From positions 416,001 through 480,000 of the forward strand of contig CAXXSR010000002.1 of assembly GCA_963662615.2 (NCBI GenBank): a stretch of 64,000 nt of DNA, given 5' to 3'. A model generated the notes under the pieces. That model was not told the origin of the DNA, made no database searches, and was given only the letters and a program-made list of their open reading frames with translations. The DNA comes from Dehalococcoidia bacterium (GTDB lineage Bacteria > Chloroflexota > Dehalococcoidia > Bin125). Below, piece by piece: positions 26,625-36,088 of the stretch. A program made the translations under genes and the position numbers. How positions within the stretch are numbered: the first letter of the stretch is position 1; each line of letters starts with the position of its first letter.

Positions 26625-28553
26625 ATGGCCAAAGTCATTGGCATTGACCTAGGCACCACCAATTCGGTGGTGGCGGTGATGGAGGCGGGCGAGCCGATCG
26701 TCATCCCGAACCAAGAGGGCAACCGCACGACGCCGTCCACGGTCGCCATCTCGCGGGACGGGGAGCGGGTCGTGGGAACCGTCGCCAAGCGACAGGGGAT
26801 CACGAATCCGGACAACACCGTCTTCAGTGTCAAGCGGCTGATGGGGCGCCGGTTCGACGACCCGGTGGTGCAGGCGTCGCTGGGCACGTTGGTCTACGAG
26901 GTGATCAAGGCCGACAACGGCGACGCCTGGGTGAAGATGGGCGGCAAGGCCTACAGCCCGCCGGAGATCTCCGCCATGATCCTGCAGCGGCTCAAGGAGG
27001 ACGCCGAAGCGTACCTGGGCGAGAAGGTGACGGAAGCGGTGATCACGGTTCCCGCCTACTTCAACGACAGCCAGCGCAACGCCACCAAGGACGCCGGCAA
27101 GATCGCCGGGCTGGAGGTGCTGCGTATCATCAACGAGCCCACGGCGGCGGCGCTGGCCTACGGTCTGGACAAGAAGGACGAAGAGTACATCGCCGTCTAC
27201 GACCTCGGCGGCGGCACCTTCGACGTTTCCATCCTTGAGATCGGTGAGGGCACGTTCCAGGTCAAATCCACCAATGGCAACACCTATCTGGGCGGCGACG
27301 ACTTCGACCAGCGGGTGATCGACTTCCTGGTGGCCGAGTTCAAGAAGCAGCAGGGGATCGACCTGAAAGACGACCGGATGGCCCTGCAGCGGCTGAAGGA
27401 GGCCGCGGAACGGGCCAAGGCCGAACTCTCCAGCACACAGTCCACCGACGTGAATCTGCCCTACATCACGGCGGACGCGAGCGGCCCCAAACATTTCAAC
27501 TACGCGCTGACGCGGGCCAAGCTGGAGCAGCTCAGTGAGGAGCTGGTGGAGGCCACCATTGGCCCCTGCCGCAAAGCACTGGAGGACTCCGGCGTCAGCC
27601 GCGACCAGATCGACGAAGTGGTGCTGGTGGGCGGACAGACGCGCATGCCGCTGGTGCAGCGCACCGTGCAGGAGTTTTTTGGCAAGGAGCCGAACCGCTC
27701 GGTAAACCCGGATGAGGTGGTGGCCATTGGCGCCGCCGTTCAGGCGGGCGTGCTCAAAGGGGAGGTCAAGGACGTTCTGCTGTTGGACGTGACACCGCTG
27801 ACCCTGGGCATTGAGACCCTGGGCGGGGTGCGCACGTCCCTGATCGATCGCAACACGACGATTCCCACCAGCAAAAGCCAGGTCTTCTCCACCGCCAGCG
27901 ACAACCAGCCGCAGGTGGAGCTGCATGTGCTGCAGGGTGAGCGCGAGATGGCGGCGGACAACAAGTCGTTGGGCAAGTTCGTGCTGGACGGGATCCTGCC
28001 GGCAGCGCGCGGACTGCCGCAGATTGAGGTGACGTTCGACATTGACGCGAACGGGATCCTCAACGTGGCGGCGGTGGACAAGGGCACCGGCAAGGAGCAG
28101 AAGATCACCATTCAGGCGGCCTCGGGCCTCAAGGAGGAAGAGGTCGAGCAGATGCGCCGCGACGCCGAGCTGCACGCGGAGGAGGATCACAAACGGCGGG
28201 AGGGGGTGGAACTACAGAACCTGGCCGACTCCACCGCCTATCGGGCCGAGAAGCTTCTCCAGGAGCAGGAAGACAAGATCGACGCCGAGCTCAAGGTGGA
28301 GGTGGAGGGGAAGATCCAAGCCGTCCGGGAGGCCGTGGGCGCGGACGAGCGGGATGTGGAACGGATTCGCTCCGCGCTGGACGAGCTCAACGGCTCCCTG
28401 ATGAAAGTGGGCGAGAAGGTCTACGGCGCCGAACAGGCAGCGGCCGCCGCCGCCGCGGCGCCGCCGGACGGAGCGGACGGCAGCGATGGCGGCCCGCCAG
28501 GCGAGGAAGCCGAGGAAGCAGGTACGGTGGAAGGTGAGTTCCGGGAAGTCTAG
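26625..28553 (+). CDS. dnaK: Chaperone DnaK
   Basis: [32 protein letters not shown]. Confidence 0.99.
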   Translation: MAKVIGIDLGTTNSVVAVMEAGEPIVIPNQEGNRTTPSTVAISRDGERVVGTVAKRQGITNPDNTVFSVKRLMGRRFDDPVVQASLGTLVYEVIKADNGDAWVKMGGKAYSPPEISAMILQRLKEDAEAYLGEKVTEAVITVPAYFNDSQRNATKDAGKIAGLEVLRIINEPTAAALAYGLDKKDEEYIAVYDLGGGTFDVSILEIGEGTFQVKSTNGNTYLGGDDFDQRVIDFLVAEFKKQQGIDLKDDRMALQRLKEAAERAKAELSSTQSTDVNLPYITADASGPKHFNYALTRAKLEQLSEELVEATIGPCRKALEDSGVSRDQIDEVVLVGGQTRMPLVQRTVQEFFGKEPNRSVNPDEVVAIGAAVQAGVLKGEVKDVLLLDVTPLTLGIETLGGVRTSLIDRNTTIPTSKSQVFSTASDNQPQVELHVLQGEREMAADNKSLGKFVLDGILPAARGLPQIEVTFDIDANGILNVAAVDKGTGKEQKITIQAASGLKEEEVEQMRRDAELHAEEDHKRREGVELQNLADSTAYRAEKLLQEQEDKIDAELKVEVEGKIQAVREAVGADERDVERIRSALDELNGSLMKVGEKVYGAEQAAAAAAAAPPDGADGSDGGPPGEEAEEAGTVEGEFREV

Positions 28554-28620
28554 GGCCGCGGCGGGACGGCGGCCAACGGGGAGCACGCTGGGGCTCTGAC
28601 CGGCGCGACGCGAGGGGAAG

Positions 28621-29739
28621 ATGGCGCCCGCGAGTGAGCGCGACTACTACGAGACGCTTCGCGTCGATCGCTCGGCATCGATCGAAGAGATCAAGAGCGC
28701 CTTCCGCAAGCAGGCCATGCAGTTCCATCCGGACCGCAATCCGGAAGCGGACGCGGCCGAGCGTTTCAAGGAGATCGGCCGGGCCTACGAAGTGCTCTCC
28801 GACCCGGAGAGGCGGGCTCGCTATGACCAGTTCGGGCGCGACGCCGAGATGGCCGGCGCCGCGGGCTTCGAGGGCTTCGACTTCGGCGGGTTCGGCGACA
28901 TCTTCGATGCGTTTTTTGGCGGACGGCGATCGCGACGGGGTCCCACACGGGGCGCGGACCTTCGCCTCACCCTGGAGCTGAGCTTTGCGGAGGCGATCTT
29001 CGGCAAGGAGAAGGAGATCCGGGTCAGCCGCTTGGAACGGTGCAGTGTCTGCGCCGGCGCCGGCGCCGAGCCGGGCACGCAGCGCACCACCTGCAGCCAA
29101 TGCGGCGGCAGCGGTGAGATTCGCCGCGTGCAGCGCAGCGTCTTTGGCCAGTTCGTTAATGTCTCGGTCTGCGACCGCTGCCTAGGCGAGGGTGCTGTGA
29201 TCAGTCAGGCCTGCAAGAATTGCGGCGGTGTGGGCCGTGAGCAGCGCAACCGGCGCCTGACGGTGAAGGTGCCCGCCGGCGTCGATGACCGCTCGCAGAT
29301 GCGGCTGAGCGGCGAAGGGGATGCCGGGATCGGGGGCGGGCCCGCCGGCAACCTCTACGTGCAGCTGCAGGTCAAGCCGCACCGCCACTTTGAGCGCGAG
29401 GGGGAGGACCTCGTCTTGGAGCTGCCCTTGACGGTGGCGCAGGCGGCGCTGGGCACGCACGTGGAGGTGCCCACGCTTGACGGGGAGCCCGAGTCGCTGG
29501 AGGTCCCGCCCGGGTCGCAGCACGGCGCCGTCTTCCGCATCCGCCGGAGGGGGGTGCCGCACCTGCGCGGCCGGGGCCGCGGCGACCTGCTCGTGCGGGC
29601 CGCCGTGCGGGTGCCGTCCAAGCTGACGGATGAGCAGCGGGCGCTCTTTGAGCAGCTGGACGAGGCCTTGGGCGATGCGGGAAGCGAGGACGGGCGCGGA
29701 GGGATCTTTTCACGGTTGAAAGATGCGTTCTCGGCCTAG
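28621..29739 (+). CDS. dnaJ: Chaperone DnaJ
   Basis: J domain HPD, G/F region, four CxxCxGxG repeats. Confidence 0.98.
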   Translation: MAPASERDYYETLRVDRSASIEEIKSAFRKQAMQFHPDRNPEADAAERFKEIGRAYEVLSDPERRARYDQFGRDAEMAGAAGFEGFDFGGFGDIFDAFFGGRRSRRGPTRGADLRLTLELSFAEAIFGKEKEIRVSRLERCSVCAGAGAEPGTQRTTCSQCGGSGEIRRVQRSVFGQFVNVSVCDRCLGEGAVISQACKNCGGVGREQRNRRLTVKVPAGVDDRSQMRLSGEGDAGIGGGPAGNLYVQLQVKPHRHFEREGEDLVLELPLTVAQAALGTHVEVPTLDGEPESLEVPPGSQHGAVFRIRRRGVPHLRGRGRGDLLVRAAVRVPSKLTDEQRALFEQLDEALGDAGSEDGRGGIFSRLKDAFSA

Positions 29740-30688
29740 CTCGGGGGCGCCCCCGTCCCCATCCGCTCCCGGCGTCGAGGAGTGGATTGAGGTTTCGATC
29801 ACGGTCCCCCCAATCGCGGTGGAACAGGCCACGGCCCTGCTGGAGCGCTGTACGCGCTCCGGCGCCGCGATCACTGTGCCGTTCCAGCAGGGCGAAGAGT
29901 TCGGCGCAGCCACCATTGATCCAGCCGCCGACGCGCGCGTCAGCTGCTATGTGCCCGCTCAGGCGTGGCCGTCGCTGCGGCCGCGGGTCGTGAGCGCGCT
30001 CGCCGAATGCAGCTGGCCCGGCCGGGGCGCCGCCGGGGCGCCGTCGCTGCACACAAAGGCGCTGCGCCGCCGGGACTGGGAAAACGCCTGGCAGCAGTTC
30101 GCCCAGGTGCTGCGCCTGGGCCGGCTGGTCATTCAGCCCACCTGCCGGCGCTACCGTCCCGCGGCTGATGAGGTGGTGGTGCTGGTAGAGCCGGGCTTGG
30201 CCTTCGGCACCGGCCAACACGAGAGCACCCGCATGGCGCTGGTCGCGCTCGCCGCGTTGGTCCGTCGCGGCCAGCGCGTGCTGGATTTCGGCGCCGGCTC
30301 CGGCATCCTGGCCTGCGCGGCGGCGCGGTTGGGCGCGTCGGTGGTGGACGCCGTGGACAGCGACCCGCAGGCGGTGCAGGCCAGCCGCCAAAACGCGGAT
30401 CGCAACGGCGTTGGTGACGTGGTCCGCGTTTGGGAGCAGGACGCCCCCAAGCGGGGAAGCTATGACGTTGTGGTGGCCAACATTGACGCAGCCACGCTTA
30501 GCCGCCACGCCGGGAGCCTCGCCGCCGCGACCTGCCCCGGCGGCGCCTGCATCCTGGGTGGCATCATTGCGGCGCAGGTCGCCCGGATCGAACGGGCCCT
30601 GGCCGCCACGCCCCTACGCGTACAGGAGATCGACAGCGATGGTGAATGGCGAACCATCCGCGCCGCGCGTCCCGCGCATCTTCCTTGA
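29723..30688 (+). CDS. prmA: Ribosomal protein L11 methyltransferase
   Basis: PGLAFGTGQHEST, VLDFGAGSGIL, YDVVVANI; position after dnaJ. Confidence 0.92.
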   Translation: MRSRPSSGAPPSPSAPGVEEWIEVSITVPPIAVEQATALLERCTRSGAAITVPFQQGEEFGAATIDPAADARVSCYVPAQAWPSLRPRVVSALAECSWPGRGAAGAPSLHTKALRRRDWENAWQQFAQVLRLGRLVIQPTCRRYRPAADEVVVLVEPGLAFGTGQHESTRMALVALAALVRRGQRVLDFGAGSGILACAAARLGASVVDAVDSDPQAVQASRQNADRNGVGDVVRVWEQDAPKRGSYDVVVANIDAATLSRHAGSLAAATCPGGACILGGIIAAQVARIERALAATPLRVQEIDSDGEWRTIRAARPAHLP

Positions 30689-31415
30689 TGACCCGGAGGC
30701 GCTGAGCGGCCAAGGGGTGACGATTCGCGGGCCGGCCGTGCGGCGATTGAGCCGCGTGCTGCGGTTGCGCCGCGGTAGCGGCCTGGAGGTCGTCTGGGGG
30801 GACACGCTCTATACGGTGGAGTTGGTGCGAGTGGGCCGCGAGGTGGTGGAGGGGGAGATTCGTCAATCACGCGCGGTACAGCGGGAGTCCGGCCCGGGCA
30901 TTGTGCTCTGCCCCGCCATTATTCGGCCACAGCGCTTCGACGTGCTTCTGGAGAAGGCCACCGAGCTGGGCGTTGCCCGCATCCGCCCCGTCCGTGCGGA
31001 GCGCTCGTACGCGAAGTCGCTGGGCCGCGAGCGCTACGCCCGCTGGCAGCGGCTCGTCACGGAGGCGGCGGAGCAGTGCCGACGCGAGCAGCGACCGCAG
31101 ATCGATCAGCCGATGGGGCTGGGGACACTGGTCGAGGAGACCATCACGGGGAGTGTGGTGGGGCTGCTGGCTTCGGAGCGGGAGCGCGGCCGGCGCGTGG
31201 CGGACGTGCTGGGGCCCGCCCAGGCCGGCGGCCGCCGTCTTGAGCAGGTGCGGATCCTCGTTGGTCCAGAGGGCGGGTTCACAGCGGGGGAGACAGGCAT
31301 GATTATCGACCAGGGCTGGGCGCCGGTGACGCTGGGGCCGCGCCCCCTGCGGTCCGAGACCGCCGCGGTGGTGGCGATGGCCGTGGTGCAGGAGGCGCTG
31401 CTGGCGCGTCCTTAG
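30639..31415 (+). CDS. rsmE: 16S rRNA m3U1498 methyltransferase (start uncertain)
   Basis: RVLRL, EKATELGV, EAAEQC, VGPEGGF, LGPRPLRSETA. Confidence 0.93.
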   Translation: MVNGEPSAPRVPRIFLDDPEALSGQGVTIRGPAVRRLSRVLRLRRGSGLEVVWGDTLYTVELVRVGREVVEGEIRQSRAVQRESGPGIVLCPAIIRPQRFDVLLEKATELGVARIRPVRAERSYAKSLGRERYARWQRLVTEAAEQCRREQRPQIDQPMGLGTLVEETITGSVVGLLASERERGRRVADVLGPAQAGGRRLEQVRILVGPEGGFTAGETGMIIDQGWAPVTLGPRPLRSETAAVVAMAVVQEALLARP

Positions 31416-32542
31416 CCGGCGCGCTGATTGGGCGACTGCACGGCGTCCGCCGGGTCGAACTCTTCCAGGGGGTTGGGGAACTCGTTGACGCGGATCCACT
31501 GGACGGGGTCGATAGGGACGCCGTGGGCGGCCATCTCCCAGTGCAGATGCGGACCGGTGGCGAGGCCGGTTGCGCCAATGCGGCCGATGAAATCGCCCGT
31601 GCGGACGACGTCACCGGGCGCCACCACCACCTCCGAGAGGTGCCAGTAGCTGCTCAAGAGCCCCACACCGTGGTCGATCAGGAGCCCATTGCCGCGTCGC
31701 TGCGACTGCCCCACCCAGACCACGACGCCCGCGTTGGGGGCAAGGATGGGGTCGCCGTTCTCGCCGGCGAAGTCTAAGCCGGTGTGGTACTCCGAGACCG
31801 GCAGGAAGTTGTAAGAGCGGAGCAGGCCGTAGTTGGCGGTGATGACGCCGTTGGAGGGCGGATCGAAGACTCCGTCCCAATGCCGCTCCTGCGTTTCGCG
31901 GCGCAGCATGACGTCGATCAGTGCGGCGTTGTCCGCCCCGATTTCAGGGTCGAGGAGGGCGGCATTGGATTCGTCCAGCTCCACCACTTCCGTCTGCCAA
32001 GCGGCATCCAGGACCGTAATCAGCGTCTCCTGTTGCAGGACGGGCCGGCCCTCGGCGTTGGACACCGAGACGACCAGGGGCATGGGGCCGATGGGCGTGA
32101 GCGCGTCGATCCCGAGGATGGCGAAGAAGCGGGAGCCCTCACGCACGAGGGTGTAGACATCACCGTTGAAGGCGACTGAAGCGAAGCCGGCGCCCGGGGC
32201 CTCCGCGGCCACGACGAAGGCGCTGCCCTGGCGCACGTCCTTGGGCGCGACCCAGATGAGGGGATCAGCTTCAAGAGTTGTCGGGTCGTTGCCCGCTGTG
32301 TCGGGTGGCGTATCGGTGTCCGTAGGGCCGGAAGGGACGCCGTTGTCGATGGGGGCCGGCGCTTCCGAGCCGACGTCGCGACTTCCGGCGGTGGGGGGTA
32401 CGTCGTCGTTGGCGGTGCAGGCAAGCGCCAGCCAGCCAAGTGCGGCGACCGCCGCGAGGAGAAGCAGTCGCCGGCCTCCGCCGCTGCGGCTGCATTGCGC
32501 TCGTCCGCGTCCTGACCGCAATGGAGTGGGCATCTGTCCCAT
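31412..32542 (-). CDS. M23 family metallopeptidase, putative lipoprotein
   Basis: LALAC lipobox-like, HTGLD, ATGPHLHWE. Confidence 0.9.
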   Translation of the reverse strand: MGQMPTPLRSGRGRAQCSRSGGGRRLLLLAAVAALGWLALACTANDDVPPTAGSRDVGSEAPAPIDNGVPSGPTDTDTPPDTAGNDPTTLEADPLIWVAPKDVRQGSAFVVAAEAPGAGFASVAFNGDVYTLVREGSRFFAILGIDALTPIGPMPLVVSVSNAEGRPVLQQETLITVLDAAWQTEVVELDESNAALLDPEIGADNAALIDVMLRRETQERHWDGVFDPPSNGVITANYGLLRSYNFLPVSEYHTGLDFAGENGDPILAPNAGVVVWVGQSQRRGNGLLIDHGVGLLSSYWHLSEVVVAPGDVVRTGDFIGRIGATGLATGPHLHWEMAAHGVPIDPVQWIRVNEFPNPLEEFDPADAVQSPNQRAG

Positions 32543-32568
32543 CGCGCCGTCCGCCTCGCGTCTCGATC

Positions 32569-33714
32569 TTATCTGGTTGGTCGCAGCGCGTCGGGGCCGG
32601 CGGGCGCTGGGGGCGCGTTAATGGCGTCGGCGATGGCGAAGGTGGCGCTGGGGTCGGGCACCTCCAGCTCGCGGAGCCAGGGGAGCGGATCGACCGGGAC
32701 GCCATGGACCAGCACCTCCCAGTGCAGGTGCGGGCCGGTGGCGAAGCCGCTGCTGCCGACTCGGCCTAACGGGTCTCCGCGGCGCACCGTGACGCCGGGC
32801 TGGATGCTCACGCTGCTCAGGTGCCAGTAGCTCGTGAGGACGCCGCCGCCATGGTCCAGGATCAGGCCGCGGCCGCGGCGCTCGGTTTCGCCCGTCCAGG
32901 CCACGATGCCGCCGTTGGGCGCGACGATCTCCGTGCCCAACGGTCCCCCGAAATCCAGACCGGTGTGGTAGTCCTTGCCGACGATAGGGCGGTAGGAGCG
33001 GACCGTGCCGAAGAGCGAGCTGATGAAGCCGTCCGTGGGTGGACGGAAGAAGCCGCGCCAGTGGCGCTGCGCCGACTTGGCCCGCTCGACCTCTTGGCGA
33101 ACCGCTCGGTCTTCGGCAATGACGTCAGGATCGAGCAGGCGCTGGTGGGCCTCGTCGATCTCGATGACCTCGGTGGGCCACAGCACCTCTTCCACCGTGA
33201 CATTCGCTGTCATTTGCAGGGCCGTGCGGCCGTCGGCGTCGGCGAGGGCGATGGTGAGCGGCAAGGTCCCCGGCTCCATGAGGGCGTCCACGGGCAGCAG
33301 CGTGAAGAAGCGGTCGCCCTCCCGGAGGAGGGAGAAGAACTCGCCGCGGTAGGCGACGGAGGCGGCGGTCGCTTGGGGGGCGTCGACGGCGAGGAGGAAG
33401 ACGCCGCCCTGCCGAACGACCTGCGGCGTGACATAGACCAGCGCCTCCATGAGTGGGAGCGGTTCCAGGCCCGGCTCCCGCGGCGCGTCCGAGCTCACGA
33501 CGGTCCGCGAGGTGGCGGCTGACTGCGGGGGCGAGGGTGGCGTCGCGGAGCCCGGCGGCGATGTCGCATCGGGAGGGGCGCTGGGAGGGGCGGCGGCGCC
33601 GGCGTCCGGGGCCGTTTCATTGCCTCCGCACGCCGTGAGGAGGAGGGCGCCCACGAGGGACGCGGCGCTCAACTGGGCGGACGGGAACCCCGTGGCCCGG
33701 GAAAACGTCCCCAT
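32569..33714 (-). CDS. M23 family metallopeptidase, putative lipoprotein (tandem paralogue)
   Basis: LLTAC lipobox-like, HTGLD, ATGPHLHWE. Confidence 0.9.
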   Translation of the reverse strand: MGTFSRATGFPSAQLSAASLVGALLLTACGGNETAPDAGAAAPPSAPPDATSPPGSATPPSPPQSAATSRTVVSSDAPREPGLEPLPLMEALVYVTPQVVRQGGVFLLAVDAPQATAASVAYRGEFFSLLREGDRFFTLLPVDALMEPGTLPLTIALADADGRTALQMTANVTVEEVLWPTEVIEIDEAHQRLLDPDVIAEDRAVRQEVERAKSAQRHWRGFFRPPTDGFISSLFGTVRSYRPIVGKDYHTGLDFGGPLGTEIVAPNGGIVAWTGETERRGRGLILDHGGGVLTSYWHLSSVSIQPGVTVRRGDPLGRVGSSGFATGPHLHWEVLVHGVPVDPLPWLRELEVPDPSATFAIADAINAPPAPAGPDALRPTR

Positions 33715-33837
33715 TAACTGAGCATAGGCCCCCAGTCGTTAGTCTCAACGGACCGGCCGCGGAGGCGTTGTCTGGGGCGGGCCGTGTATCTTGAGGGCCG
33801 CCTGTGCGGGCGGGCGGAGACAGGAGGAGGGGAGCGA

Positions 33838-34791
<954 letters not shown>

Positions 34792-34798
34792 GAGCACG

Positions 34799-36088
34799 AT
34801 GGGGCGGCTGCGCGCGGTCTACGGGGCGACGTTTGGCCGGCGCCGGACGCTGACGTTTTTCGCGGTGCTCGTGGTGGTTTCATTCGCGCTGGGCTCGTCC
34901 ACGAATTTCTGGCTGCCGCTGCGACTGGGCTACGCCCTCCTCTTCACGCTGGTGGTCGCGGCCGCGTGGACGTGGCTGGGCGGGCGGGGAGTGCGGGTGC
35001 AGGTGTCGCGCGCCGCCGACCGCGTGCAGGCGGGCCAGGCGATCGTGGAACAGCTGGAAGTGCGCAACGACAGTCGCCTGCCCAAACTCTGGCTGGAGAT
35101 TGAGCAGCGCTCCGACCTTCCCGACCATGCCAGGGCCCGCGTCATCAGCCTGGGCGCCGGCCGTCGCCAGCAATGGCGTCAGGAAACGGTCTGCCGGCGG
35201 CGGGGTCTCTTCACCGTGGGCCCGGTGTTGGTGCGCAGCGGCGACCCCTTCGACCTGTTCCACAGCGAGCAACGGCTGGGCCAACCGCGACAGGTGCTGG
35301 TCTACCCGCAGCCGCTCGATCTCCAGCACTACGCGGTCCCGGCGGCCAACCTCCACGGGGAAGGGCGCGTGTCGCGGCGCACGCACTACGTGACGCCCAA
35401 CGCCGCTGGCCTGCGCGACTACGAACCCGGCGACAGCATGAACCGGATTCACTGGCCCAGCACGGTGCGGGCCGGCCGTCTGCTGGTAAAGACGTTTGAG
35501 CAGGATCCGGCGGCGCAGACGTGGATCGTGCTCGATCTCCATGGCGCGGCCCACGCGGGCGAGGGGGATGACGCCAGCGTGGAATACGCGGTGACGGCAG
35601 CGGCGTCGGTGGCGCGGCTGTTTCTGGACCAGGGCCGCGCGGTGGGGATGACCATGTTGGGCCGGAACCTGGCAAAGGTTGAGCCGGATCGCGGGGGGCC
35701 GCAACTGCGCCGCATGCTGGAGGCGCTGGCGGTGGCCACGCCCACGGGTGACGTGCCGCTGGGCCGTTTGCTGTTGCAGCAGTCGCCTCGTTGGGGGCGG
35801 CAGACCACCCTTGTGGTGATCACGGCCTCCCCCGACCCGGCTTGGGTGGCCGCGCTGCTTTCCCTGACCGCGCGGGGCGTCCAGGCCTCCGTGATCCATC
35901 TGGACCTGCGGACGTTTGGGGGTGGCGCTGGGACAGAGGCGATCATCGCCCAGTTGCGGGCGGCGGGGCTGCAGGCGAACGTCGTGCGACTGGGCGATCA
36001 GCTGGCGGAGGTGCTGGCGTCCGCCCTGCCGTCCGGAAGGGCCGCCAGCGCTGGCGAGCGCAGGCAGAAGGCCGCGGTGACGGCATGA
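34799..36088 (+). CDS. DUF58 domain protein
   Basis: LRDYEPGD..RIHW.ST.R.G.L.VK.FE; position after moxR. Confidence 0.93.
   Translation: MGRLRAVYGATFGRRRTLTFFAVLVVVSFALGSSTNFWLPLRLGYALLFTLVVAAAWTWLGGRGVRVQVSRAADRVQAGQAIVEQLEVRNDSRLPKLWLEIEQRSDLPDHARARVISLGAGRRQQWRQETVCRRRGLFTVGPVLVRSGDPFDLFHSEQRLGQPRQVLVYPQPLDLQHYAVPAANLHGEGRVSRRTHYVTPNAAGLRDYEPGDSMNRIHWPSTVRAGRLLVKTFEQDPAAQTWIVLDLHGAAHAGEGDDASVEYAVTAAASVARLFLDQGRAVGMTMLGRNLAKVEPDRGGPQLRRMLEALAVATPTGDVPLGRLLLQQSPRWGRQTTLVVITASPDPAWVAALLSLTARGVQASVIHLDLRTFGGGAGTEAIIAQLRAAGLQANVVRLGDQLAEVLASALPSGRAASAGERRQKAAVTA

Noticed and set aside
26649-28190. 513-aa antisense ORF opposite dnaK, and other long shadow ORFs such as 311-2743, 9599-10906 and 40794-42170
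   Set aside because: They fully overlap clear genes on the other strand; expected from high-GC codon bias.
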